DNA from: Alphaproteobacteria bacterium
GTDB taxonomy: Bacteria > Pseudomonadota > Alphaproteobacteria > ATCC43930 > CGMCC-115725
Assembly (NCBI GenBank): GCA_019237175.1
Contig: JAFAHP010000280.1
Coordinates: forward strand, 1-34,469
Direction: 5' to 3'
Length of the DNA: 34,469 nt
The notes beneath the pieces were generated by a model. The model was given only the letters and a program-made list of their open reading frames with translations. It was not told the DNA's origin and did not search any database. Shown here piece by piece: positions 8,842 through 17,484 of the stretch (the first letter of the stretch is position 1; every line of letters starts with the position of its first letter). A program made the translations under genes and the position numbers.

Positions 8842-9846
8842 TTGTCTCCGATCGCACCCGTCGACCCCGCATCCCCCGATCTTGTCGGCGAGGTGGATGC
8901 GCTCGGCCGCAGCCTCGGTCTCGTGCGCAGCCGGATCGGTGAAATCATTTTCGGGCAGCGCGAGGTGGTCGAGCAAGCCCTGATCACCCTGTTGTGCGGC
9001 GGCCATGCACTGCTGATCGGGGTCCCTGGGCTAGCCAAGACCCGGCTTGTCGAGACCTTGGGCACCATACTCGGGCTCGACGAGAAGCGCATTCAATGCA
9101 CTCCTGATCTGATGCCGGCCGACATTCTCGGTTCGGAAGTGCTCGAAGAGAGCGATACCGGCAGGCGGTCGTTTCGCTTTATCGCGGGACCGGTTTTTTG
9201 CCAGCTGTTGATGGCTGACGAGATCAATCGCGCGAGCCCGCGCACGCAATCGGCATTGCTGCAAGCGATGCAGGAAGGACGGGTTTCGATCGCCGGCCAG
9301 TATCATCCGTTGCCGCATCCCTTTCACGTCTTGGCGACGCAGAACCCGCTCGAGCAGGAAGGAACCTACCCGCTGCCCGAGGCCCAGCTTGACCGCTTTC
9401 TGATGCAGATCGATGTGGACTATCCCGATCGCGACGCCGAGCGCGAAATGTTGATCGCAACGACCGGCTTTGCCCAAGATCGGCCGCGGCCGGCGATGAC
9501 CGCCACTGAACTGATCGCGGCTCAGCGCCTGATACGCCGGATTCCGGTCGGCGAAAGCGTTCTGGACGCGATCCTGGCCCTCGTCCGCTCAGGTCGTCCC
9601 GACAGCGCCGGCAAGGGGATCACGCGCTTTGTTTCGTGGGGACCGGGGCCGCGCGCAAGCCAGGCCCTGATGCTCGCCTGCCGAGCGCGGGCGCTGATCG
9701 ATGGCCGCTACAGTCCTTCGGTCGACGATGTTCTGGCGCTCGCCCCGCCAGTGCTGCGCCATCGCATGGCAGTCAGTTTCGCCGGCCGAGGAGAAGGGGT
9801 TACGGTGGCCCAGATCATCGACCAGATTTCGGCGCCATTTCGTTGA
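8842..9846 (+). CDS. MoxR-family AAA+ ATPase
   Basis: Walker A GVPGLAKT, Walker B LLMADEINRASP, and ATQNPLEQEGTYPLPEAQLDRF. There is no in-frame ATG near the homology-defined N-terminus. I propose TTG 8842 (AAGGA 11 nt upstream) or GTG 8893. The track's 8692 start overlaps the divergent DUF1285 gene. Confidence 0.85.
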   Translation: MSPIAPVDPASPDLVGEVDALGRSLGLVRSRIGEIIFGQREVVEQALITLLCGGHALLIGVPGLAKTRLVETLGTILGLDEKRIQCTPDLMPADILGSEVLEESDTGRRSFRFIAGPVFCQLLMADEINRASPRTQSALLQAMQEGRVSIAGQYHPLPHPFHVLATQNPLEQEGTYPLPEAQLDRFLMQIDVDYPDRDAEREMLIATTGFAQDRPRPAMTATELIAAQRLIRRIPVGESVLDAILALVRSGRPDSAGKGITRFVSWGPGPRASQALMLACRARALIDGRYSPSVDDVLALAPPVLRHRMAVSFAGRGEGVTVAQIIDQISAPFR

Positions 9847-10781
9847 CTACCGGGGAATCGCGTTCGCTCGCCGCGCTGCTGCCCCAGCGCGCAACGCCCG
9901 CCGCGCTGCGTGACCGAGCCGAGCAGGCGGCGGCGGCCTTGCCGCCCCTCCTTGTGGCAGCCGAACGCGTTGCCGCCACCGTGGCCCAGGGTGTCCACGG
10001 CAGGCGTCGGGTCGGCCAGGGCGAAACTTTTTGGCAGTTCCGGCAATATGAGCCCGGCGATGCGGCGGGCCGGATCGACTGGCGCGAAAGCGCCAAGTCG
10101 CAGCGGCTTTATATCCGCGAGACCGAATGGGAGGCAGCGCAGAGCGTATGGCTGTGGCGCGACGCCTCGGCCTCGATGGATTATAGTTCAGCACAGTACA
10201 TTTCCGGTGCCGAATGGCCGACCAAACGCGACCGCGCCGAGCTGCTGCTTGTGGCTCTGGCCAGCCTGCTGGTGCGTGGCGGCGAGCGCTTGACCGCCCT
10301 TGGCGGCGGTACGGCACCGATGCACGGGAGGATTGCGCTGTCGCGCCTGGTCGAGATCATGGCGCGCGACGGTGCTCAGCGTGAGAGTCTGCCGCCGTTT
10401 GAACCGTTGCCACGCGCCGGCCTGCTGGTGTTGATCGGCGATTTTTTGTCGCCCCTCGACAGCGTTAACTCGGCTCTTACTCGCTTTGCGGCAAGCGGCG
10501 TCAAGGGCCACGTCCTGCAAATCGTCGACCCGGCGGAGGAGGATTTGCCGTTCCACGGCCGCGTGCACTTTGCCGGTATCGAAGAGCGTGACGAGATTGT
10601 CGTGAGCCGCGTCGAGACCGTCCGGGAGGATTACTCGCGTCGGTTTCGTGATCACCGCGCCGGTCTCGAAGAGATCGCTGCTCGGCTCGGCTGGACCTTT
10701 GGCCGGCATCGCACCGATCGCGCCCCGGGATTGGCACTCTTGGCGCTGTACGCGGCACTCTCTGGCGATCGCCGACGGTGA
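9843..10781 (+). CDS. DUF58 domain-containing protein (vWA-like, MoxR partner)
   Basis: DUF58 hallmark GETFWQFRQYEPGDAAGRIDWRESAKSQRLYIRETEWE followed by the MIDAS-like DASASM. Start assigned to TTG 9843, which overlaps the moxR stop (TTGA). The track's 9636 start lies inside moxR. Confidence 0.8.
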   Translation: MTTGESRSLAALLPQRATPAALRDRAEQAAAALPPLLVAAERVAATVAQGVHGRRRVGQGETFWQFRQYEPGDAAGRIDWRESAKSQRLYIRETEWEAAQSVWLWRDASASMDYSSAQYISGAEWPTKRDRAELLLVALASLLVRGGERLTALGGGTAPMHGRIALSRLVEIMARDGAQRESLPPFEPLPRAGLLVLIGDFLSPLDSVNSALTRFAASGVKGHVLQIVDPAEEDLPFHGRVHFAGIEERDEIVVSRVETVREDYSRRFRDHRAGLEEIAARLGWTFGRHRTDRAPGLALLALYAALSGDRRR

Positions 10782-10829
10782 AGGATCAGAGTTAATGGCG
10801 CAGATCGCGGTGACGAGCGCGGCGGGTTG

Positions 10830-13547
10830 ATGATGCTGGCGCTAGGGTCGGTCGCTTTCGCATCGCCATGGCTGCTTTTGGTGCTCGCCGGATTGCCGAT
10901 GATCTGGTGGTTGTTGCGGGTGATGCCGCCGGCGCCGCGCCGCATCGCATTTCCGGCGGTGCGGTTGCTGCTGGGCTTGGTGGCGCGCGAGGTGACACCG
11001 GCGCGCACTCCCTTGTGGCTGATCCTGCTGCGCATGGCGATTGCCGCGCTGGTGATCGTCGGGATGGCTCATCCGCTCCTGAACCCGCAACCGCAGCTTG
11101 CCGGGTCGGGCCCGTTGATTGTAGTCGTCGATGATGGTTGGGCGGCAGCGAGTGACTGGCACGCCCGTCAGGCGGCGCTTGGCGATATTTTTGCCAAAGC
11201 CGACCGCGAGGACCGCCAGATAGTGCTCGTCACCACAGCGCCGCCGGGTACGGATAGCGCACCCCCGCCATTGGCGCCCATCCGTGCCGCCGATGCGCGC
11301 GCGGCGGTCGAGGCCCTGCAACCAAAGCCCTGGCCGGTCGACCGCCGGGCTGCGCTGGTGCGTCTGCGACAGCTCTCCCTGCCCGGTGCAAATGCCGCGA
11401 TCTGGTTCAGCGACGGCATCGACGATGGCGGCGGCGCCAAGGCGCTCGGCGACTATCTCGACGAGCGCGGCAGTCTGCAATACCTGACCGCCGGAGCGGA
11501 CCAGGCTCCCATGCTTTTGGCCCCCGGCGATCGCGAGTCGAAGGATCTCTCTGTCCTGCTGCGCTCTTTGCCGACCCGGAAGCCGCGCCGATACGAGGTG
11601 CGGGCGAGCGGAGGAGATGGCCGCTTCCTCGCGCGCCAGGCGCTGACGATCGAGTCCGGAGGGGTTTCCAGCATGGCGGATTTGGTGATGCCGAACGAGC
11701 TGAGAAACCAGATCGTCCGCATCGACGTCGAAGGCGGGCAATCGGCCGGCGCGGTGGTGCTTGTCGACGATCGCTGGCGCCGCCGACCGGTCGGGATTGC
11801 AACTGCAGCGAATGCCGGCGCTCAGCCGTTGCTTAGCGAGAACTATTATCTCGAGCGCGCGCTGGAGCCCTTCACCGAGATCCGGCGCGGGCACGCCATC
11901 GATCTGTTGAAGCGCCAGCTGGCGGTGCTGATCTTCGCCGATGCGAGCCCGGATTCCCCGGCCGAAGCCGAGGCGATAGAGAAATGGGTCGAGACTGGCG
12001 GGTTGCTGTTGCGCTTTGCCGGTTCGCAACTCGCCGAACAGGATGACAAATTGATGCCGGTGCGGCTACGCCGTGGCGGACGTACCATCGGCGGAGCAAT
12101 GTCCTGGGAGCAGCCCGCGAAACTGGCGCCGTTCGTTGCCGACAGCCCGTTTGCCGGGCTGCCGCTTCCGGCGGACGTAACAGTCACGCGTCAAGTCCTG
12201 GCGGAGCCGGATGTTGGTCTTGCCGGCAAGACATGGGCACGGCTCGCCGACGGTACCCCGCTCGTCACCGCTGAAAAGCGGGGAGGCGGCTGGGTCGTCC
12301 TGGTCCACACAACCGCGAATGCCGACTGGTCGAACCTGTCGTTGTCCGGTCTATTTGTTGAAATGTTGCGCCGCATTGTGGCCATGAGCCAAGGCGTCGC
12401 CGCGGCGAGCGAAGCGAGTTTGGCCCCGATCGAAACCCTTGACGGATTCGGCCATCTACAGCGCGCACCGGTCACGGCGCGGCCGATCGCGGGATCGGAA
12501 ATCGCGACTGCAACTGTCTCACCGCAACATCCGCCGGGCTTTTACGGCACGCAGGACGCGCGCCGCGCGCTCAATCTTTCGACCGGGCTGTCCGCGCTCA
12601 CGGCGATTGGCGGACTCCCCCCGGATGTACATCGCCAACCGCTCGGGCGCGGCAGCGAAATCGACCTGCGGGCGCCGGTCCTGAGCTTTGCGCTGCTGCT
12701 GGTGTTCGCCGATTTACTGATCGCGTACGGCCTGCGCGGGTTGTTGTGGCGGCGCGCGGCACGCACCGCCGGCGTGCTGCTCGTGCTGTTCTTCGCGGCG
12801 TCGCTGCCGGCGCGCGCCAACGACGCCTTTGTTGTTCGCGCCACATCGCAGTTGCGGCTAGCGTATGTCAAGACCGGCAACGACGAGGTCGACAACGAAA
12901 GCCGCGCCGGCCTGCTCGGCCTTGGCGATGCCCTTGCGCGACGCACCGCCGTTGAGACCGGCGAGCCGCTCGAGGTCGATATCGAAGCCGACGAACTGAT
13001 CTTTTTTCCGCTGCTGTACTGGCCGGTTACCGACGACCAACCGCCGCCGTCGCCAAACGCGGTAGAGCGCATAAACCGCTATCTTGAAACCGGCGGGACG
13101 ATCCTGTTCGACACTCGAGACGGCGACGAGCAGTCGCCCGGGCCGTTTGGGGGTGCGGCGATCGCGGCCGAGCGCCTGCGCCGACTGACCGCGGGCATCA
13201 ATATGCCGCCGCTGGTTCCGATTCCCCCCGACCACGTGCTGACCAAATCCTTTTATCTGCTGCACGAGTTTCCGGGCCGCTGGAATGTCGGAACGTTATG
13301 GGTTGAACCGGCCGACGATCACGTCAACGATGGGGTTTCGAGCGCAATTGTCGGGGCAGACGATTGGGCCGGTGCCTGGGCCATCGGCAGAGACAGCCAG
13401 CCGCTTTACGCCGTCGTCCCCGGCAGCGAGCAGCAGCGCGAAATGGCGCTGCGCTTCGGCATCAATCTCGTCATGTACGTGCTGACCGGTAATTACAAAT
13501 CTGACCAGGTCCACGTGCCTGCGATCCTGGAGCGGCTCGGCCAATGA
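10830..13547 (+). CDS. Large membrane protein with BatA-type N-terminal double-TM domain and C-terminal DUF4159 domain
   Basis: N-terminus SPWLLLVLAGLPMIWWLLR plus a second TM helix (aerotolerance BatA_N type). A second TM pair sits around aa 610-660, ending in ...LPARAND. The C-terminal block FFPLLYWPV...YLETGGTILFDTRDG...INLVMYVLTGNYKSDQVH is typical of DUF4159. Confidence 0.78.
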   Translation: MMLALGSVAFASPWLLLVLAGLPMIWWLLRVMPPAPRRIAFPAVRLLLGLVAREVTPARTPLWLILLRMAIAALVIVGMAHPLLNPQPQLAGSGPLIVVVDDGWAAASDWHARQAALGDIFAKADREDRQIVLVTTAPPGTDSAPPPLAPIRAADARAAVEALQPKPWPVDRRAALVRLRQLSLPGANAAIWFSDGIDDGGGAKALGDYLDERGSLQYLTAGADQAPMLLAPGDRESKDLSVLLRSLPTRKPRRYEVRASGGDGRFLARQALTIESGGVSSMADLVMPNELRNQIVRIDVEGGQSAGAVVLVDDRWRRRPVGIATAANAGAQPLLSENYYLERALEPFTEIRRGHAIDLLKRQLAVLIFADASPDSPAEAEAIEKWVETGGLLLRFAGSQLAEQDDKLMPVRLRRGGRTIGGAMSWEQPAKLAPFVADSPFAGLPLPADVTVTRQVLAEPDVGLAGKTWARLADGTPLVTAEKRGGGWVVLVHTTANADWSNLSLSGLFVEMLRRIVAMSQGVAAASEASLAPIETLDGFGHLQRAPVTARPIAGSEIATATVSPQHPPGFYGTQDARRALNLSTGLSALTAIGGLPPDVHRQPLGRGSEIDLRAPVLSFALLLVFADLLIAYGLRGLLWRRAARTAGVLLVLFFAASLPARANDAFVVRATSQLRLAYVKTGNDEVDNESRAGLLGLGDALARRTAVETGEPLEVDIEADELIFFPLLYWPVTDDQPPPSPNAVERINRYLETGGTILFDTRDGDEQSPGPFGGAAIAAERLRRLTAGINMPPLVPIPPDHVLTKSFYLLHEFPGRWNVGTLWVEPADDHVNDGVSSAIVGADDWAGAWAIGRDSQPLYAVVPGSEQQREMALRFGINLVMYVLTGNYKSDQVHVPAILERLGQ

Positions 13548-15655
13548 CGAACATCGGCTGGTCACTTGCCGCGGCACCACTGCTGGCATGGTGGGCGCTG
13601 GCTCTGTTCGCCGCGATCGCTGCCCTGGTCATCGCTCTCGGCGTTTGGCGGGGCGCCCCGGGGCTGGGCTGGCGCGCCACGGCAATCACGCTGTTGCTGG
13701 CAGCGCTGATCAATCCGTCGCTGATCGAAGAACAGCGCAGGCCCCAGCGCGATGTCGCGATCATCGTCGTCGACGATTCGCCGAGCCAGAGCATCGGCGA
13801 CCGGCGTCAAGTGACAGCCAAAGCGCTCACGGCGCTCAGAGACAAGCTCGGGCGGGAGCGCGATCTCGACATTAGGATGATCCGAGCTGGGGCACCACAG
13901 CCCGGCGCCGGGGACGAAGGGACGCGGTTGTTCGAGGCGCTCGGTCGGGCGATGTCCGACATCCCGCGGCAGCGTCTCGCCGGAATTGTCATGATTACGG
14001 ATGGCGAGGTCCACGATGTCCCTACCGGCGTCCCGAAGGCGTTGCAGCAGGCGGTTCCCGCCCCCCTGCATATCCTGCTGACCGGGCAGCCGAACGAGCG
14101 CGACCGTCGCCTGGTCGTTTCGGAGGCCCCGAGTTTTGGCATCGTCGGCAAACAGGCGCAGTTGAAGGTCCGAGTCGAGGACCTGCCGGAGACCATGGGC
14201 GCCAGGACCAGCGACGATATCATCGAAGCGCGCGTGACTTGGCGCAAGGACGGCGGCACACCCCGGGAGCTAGCCGTCCCGGTCGGCCAAGATGTGGCCT
14301 TGCCGGTGCCGATCGATCATGGCGGCTCGAATGTGGTGGAGATGCAAGTTGAGCCGGGGCCACATTCGCTCACTCCAATCAACAAGCGCGCAGTGGTTGT
14401 CGTCGATGGTGTGCGCGATCGGCTGAGGGTACTGCTGGTCTCAGGAGAGCCGCATGCCGGCGAGCGGGTCTGGCGCAACATCCTCAAATCTGATCCCTCG
14501 GTCGATCTGGTACATTTTACGATATTGCGGCCGCCCGAGAAGCAGGACGGTACTCCGATTCGCGAGCTGTCGCTGATCGCCTTTCCAATCCGCGAGCTGT
14601 TCGACACTAAACTCGATGATTTCGACCTCATCATCTTTGACCGCTACAGCCGGCGTGGTGTCATTCCCGAAGCGTATCTCGAAAACGTCGTGCGATACGT
14701 GCGCAACGGCGGTGCCCTGCTGGAGGCAGCGGGTCCCAATTTCGGCACACCGCTGAGCCTATCGCGCACGCCGCTTGGCGCGATATTTCCGGCCGAGCCG
14801 ACCGGGGAAGTCTTTGACGAGGGCTTCAAGCCGCAACTCACCCCGCTCGGCCGCCGGCATCCGGTGACCGAAGGATTGCCGGAAGCGGGGCCAGCGGGCG
14901 GGGATCCGAGTTGGGGGCGATGGTTTCGCCAGGTCGACGCGCGCGTTGAACGTGGTGTGACAGTCATGACCGGCGACCGCGGCGACCCGCTTCTCGTGCT
15001 CGATCGCGTCGGCAAGGGACGGGTGGCGCAGCTGATGTCGGACGAGATGTGGTTCTGGGCGCGGGGCTTTGAGGGCGGGGGCCCGCAGGCCGAATTGTTG
15101 CGCCGCCTGGCCTATTGGCTCATGAAAGAGCCGGATCTCGAAGAGAACGATCTGCGCGCTTCGGTTGACGGCGATCATCTGGTCGTGACCCGGCAGTCTT
15201 TGCAGCCGGACGACCGCCCGGTCACTGTGACCGCACCCGATGGCACGAGCCGCAGCCTCGAGCTGACTGCGGACGTAGGGGGCCGCAGCATTGGTCGTCT
15301 GGCAGTCACCCAGATGGGCCTGTATCGGGTCAGTGACGGTAGCCGCACCGCACTCGCCGCGGCCGGACCGCTTAATCCGATCGAGTTCAGCGATGTCCGG
15401 ACGACCGCCGATAAGCTAGCTCCAGTGGTCAACGCGACCGGCGGCGGGATTTACTGGATTGGCTCGGGCGACATCCCCGAGGTCCGCCGCATCTCGGGCG
15501 AGGATCCCGCAGCCGGACGGGATTGGATGGGCTTTCGTGCGAATGGCGACTATACGGTCAGCGGGCTTAGTGAGATGCCGTTGGTCCCCGCCGCGGTGAC
15601 ACTGGCGTTGATCATCGGGGGTCTTCTGGCGTCATGGCGGCGCGAGGCGAAGTGA
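13544..15655 (+). CDS. Membrane protein with vWA-like (DxSxS) segment and GATase1-like domain, C-terminal TM anchor
   Basis: The ATGA overlap with the upstream gene indicates coupling. Two N-terminal TM helices are followed by VAIIVVDDSPSQS (DxSxS at nt 13772-13786). The central block RVLLVSGEPHAGERVWRNILKSDPSVDLVHFTILRPP...FDLIIFDRY resembles the class-I amidotransferase-like domain seen in Bat-type operons. C-terminal helix LVPAAVTLALIIGGLLASW. Confidence 0.72.
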   Translation: MTNIGWSLAAAPLLAWWALALFAAIAALVIALGVWRGAPGLGWRATAITLLLAALINPSLIEEQRRPQRDVAIIVVDDSPSQSIGDRRQVTAKALTALRDKLGRERDLDIRMIRAGAPQPGAGDEGTRLFEALGRAMSDIPRQRLAGIVMITDGEVHDVPTGVPKALQQAVPAPLHILLTGQPNERDRRLVVSEAPSFGIVGKQAQLKVRVEDLPETMGARTSDDIIEARVTWRKDGGTPRELAVPVGQDVALPVPIDHGGSNVVEMQVEPGPHSLTPINKRAVVVVDGVRDRLRVLLVSGEPHAGERVWRNILKSDPSVDLVHFTILRPPEKQDGTPIRELSLIAFPIRELFDTKLDDFDLIIFDRYSRRGVIPEAYLENVVRYVRNGGALLEAAGPNFGTPLSLSRTPLGAIFPAEPTGEVFDEGFKPQLTPLGRRHPVTEGLPEAGPAGGDPSWGRWFRQVDARVERGVTVMTGDRGDPLLVLDRVGKGRVAQLMSDEMWFWARGFEGGGPQAELLRRLAYWLMKEPDLEENDLRASVDGDHLVVTRQSLQPDDRPVTVTAPDGTSRSLELTADVGGRSIGRLAVTQMGLYRVSDGSRTALAAAGPLNPIEFSDVRTTADKLAPVVNATGGGIYWIGSGDIPEVRRISGEDPAAGRDWMGFRANGDYTVSGLSEMPLVPAAVTLALIIGGLLASWRREAK

Positions 15656-15680
15656 GCTAGCACCTCTCGGGTGGTGAATC

Positions 15681-16370
15681 TTGGAGTTCAGAAAGGTTTT
15701 GGCGCCGCTGCACCCGGACGGTTTCAAATTCGTCCTTGCAGCGATTGTGGCGACGGTGTTGCTGTTTTTGGTGTCGTGGCCGGTGGGATCGGCAGCGCTG
15801 GTGATAACCTTATGGCTGGTCTATTTTTTTCGCGATCCGTGGCGGGTGACGCCGATGCGCGAAGGAGTGCTGGTCAGTCCGGCCGACGGCATCGTTACCT
15901 CGGTCGTGCAGGGCCCGCCCCCGCCGGAATTGACGATGGGTGAGGGCGAAGTTACGCGGATCGGTATTTTCCTCAGCCTTTTCGATGTGCATGTAACGCG
16001 AGCCCCGATCGGCGGCCAGGTCGCGACACTGCGTTCGACGAAGGGCCGTTTTCTAGACGCAAGCGATGAAGCCGCCAGTCTCCACAACGAACGATTGGCG
16101 ATTCGCATAGCGCCGCCGGAAGGGCCGCAGATCGCCTTTGTCGCCGTGGCGGGTCTCGTCGCCCGCCGAATTGTCTGCGATTTGCGCGAAGGCCAGCGGG
16201 TCGCGGCAGGCCAGCGGATCGGCATTATTCGCTTTGGCTCACGAGTCGATGTTTATTGCCCGCCGCCTTATGCCACAATGGTCGTGGCCGGCCAGCGGAT
16301 GGTCGGCGGAGAGACAGTGATCGCCGATCGGTTGGCGCAACAACCGGTAACGCAAGGAAGCGCGCATTGA
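15681..16370 (+). CDS. psd: Phosphatidylserine decarboxylase proenzyme (short, archaeal/alphaproteobacterial type)
   Basis: LVSPADGIVT, FLSLFDVHVTRAP, and the self-processing site context IIRFGSRVDVY. The frame opens just after TGA 15675-15677, so the first usable start is TTG 15681. Confidence 0.88.
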   Translation: MEFRKVLAPLHPDGFKFVLAAIVATVLLFLVSWPVGSAALVITLWLVYFFRDPWRVTPMREGVLVSPADGIVTSVVQGPPPPELTMGEGEVTRIGIFLSLFDVHVTRAPIGGQVATLRSTKGRFLDASDEAASLHNERLAIRIAPPEGPQIAFVAVAGLVARRIVCDLREGQRVAAGQRIGIIRFGSRVDVYCPPPYATMVVAGQRMVGGETVIADRLAQQPVTQGSAH

Positions 16371-17269
16371 GTGAACTGCACGGTCGGAAGCGACGCTTCG
16401 GGACGCATCCGGATCGGCTGAGGCGGCCGCGAGTACAGCGTATTTCGGGTTTGTCGGTCAACCGTATGGTTCCGAACGTCCTGACTTTGCTGGCGTTGTG
16501 CGCCGGCATGACAGCGATGCGCTTTGCCATGGGCGGCAATTTCGTCGGCGCCGTATTCGCGATCATCGTCGCCGGGATTTTCGACGGCCTCGACGGGCGC
16601 GTTGCCCGTCTACTGAAATCGACCTCGAGCTTTGGCGCCGAACTCGACAGTCTTTCCGATTTCGTCAGCTTTGGGGTGGCTCCGGCGGCGGTCCTCTATT
16701 TGTGGACCATGTCGGATTTGCACGGGGTTGGCTGGGCGATCGTGCTGTTTTACGCGGTTTGCTGCGCGCTGCGGCTGGCCCGCTTCAACATCGAGTCGGA
16801 GAACATGCCCTCGGCCTATGGCGCGCCGTTCTTCACCGGTATGCCGGCGCCGGCTGGAGCCGGGCTTGTAATGGTACCGATGTTCTTGAGCTTCGAATGG
16901 GGCGATTGGCTGTTCCGGTCACCTTATCTGAACGCGGTGACGGTGACCGGAATCGCACTGTTGATGATCAGCAAAGTGCCGACAGTATCGCTGAAACGGA
17001 TCCGTGTCCCGCATCAGTGGGTCGTCCCGACCTTGCTCGGCATCGGCGTGCTGGCCGCTTTTGTAACAACCGCGCCGTGGCCCACCCTGACCGCCATCGG
17101 CGTTGTTTACGTCGGATCGATCCCACTAACGATCCGCTCGTACTACCGCTTGCGGCGTATCGCCAGGTCGCGGCAGCCCGCACCCGAAGATGCGCCGGCA
17201 CCGGCACCGCCGGCGGCGTTGTCACCACGGGATCAAGAAAGTACGCCCGCCCATCAGCAGCATCACTGA
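16367..17269 (+). CDS. pssA: CDP-diacylglycerol--serine O-phosphatidyltransferase (phosphatidylserine synthase)
   Basis: CDP-alcohol phosphatidyltransferase motif DGLDGRVARLLKSTSSFGAELDSLSD and multiple TM helices. Start assigned to TTG 16367, overlapping the psd stop (TTGA), with AAGGAAG at 16354-16360. The track's 16256 start lies inside psd. Confidence 0.87.
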   Translation: MSELHGRKRRFGTHPDRLRRPRVQRISGLSVNRMVPNVLTLLALCAGMTAMRFAMGGNFVGAVFAIIVAGIFDGLDGRVARLLKSTSSFGAELDSLSDFVSFGVAPAAVLYLWTMSDLHGVGWAIVLFYAVCCALRLARFNIESENMPSAYGAPFFTGMPAPAGAGLVMVPMFLSFEWGDWLFRSPYLNAVTVTGIALLMISKVPTVSLKRIRVPHQWVVPTLLGIGVLAAFVTTAPWPTLTAIGVVYVGSIPLTIRSYYRLRRIARSRQPAPEDAPAPAPPAALSPRDQESTPAHQQHH

Positions 17270-17484
17270 GGGTTATCGGACCCTCCTCGACGACTCTTCT
17301 GCCGTCAGAACCAACGCATTCTGAACCCACAATCCGGAGCGGAGCCGCGAGAGGGCAACTCGTTGCAGCCAAGTGGTCGCCGCCGGTCATCTGTCGGCAA
17401 TTGCGTTGCGGTACCCCCCGCCGGTAAGCTCTCTGTTCTCGTATCACGGGCCGCAAGGCCACCGTCGTTGGAGGGAGCAACATC

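Noticed and set aside
8247-9846. Mutually overlapping 5' extensions of the divergent DUF1285 ORF (to 9092) and the moxR ORF (from 8692). Analogous over-extended starts exist for cca (7435), DUF58 (9636), pssA (16256), DedA (18903), SDR (19900), GYD (21616), ETF-QO (26636), ribF (26476) and lspA (31844).
   Set aside because: The extensions have no family similarity and a low-complexity composition, and they collide with neighbouring genes. Homology-consistent internal starts exist, several of them with SD sequences or stop/start overlaps.
10842-12029. 395-aa minus-strand ORF opposite the BatA_N/DUF4159 gene. Similar antisense or alternative-frame ORFs occur at 13562-14071, 20003-20908, 24669-25799, 25938-26708, 31317-32204 and 16968-17555.
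   Set aside because: All overlap well-supported genes on the other strand or in another frame, have Arg/Gly/Pro-biased composition, and lack motifs or plausible ribosome-binding sites. They are GC-rich shadow ORFs.
17268-17285. Short hairpins after pssA (GAGGGT-tatcgg-ACCCTC). Similar hairpins follow rnr (about 3914-3930), the cupin gene (about 17923-17944) and the SBP gene (about 34310-34335), and could be intrinsic terminators.
   Set aside because: The stems are only 4-6 bp, or they lack a convincing downstream U-tract. That is not enough to call terminators from the sequence alone.
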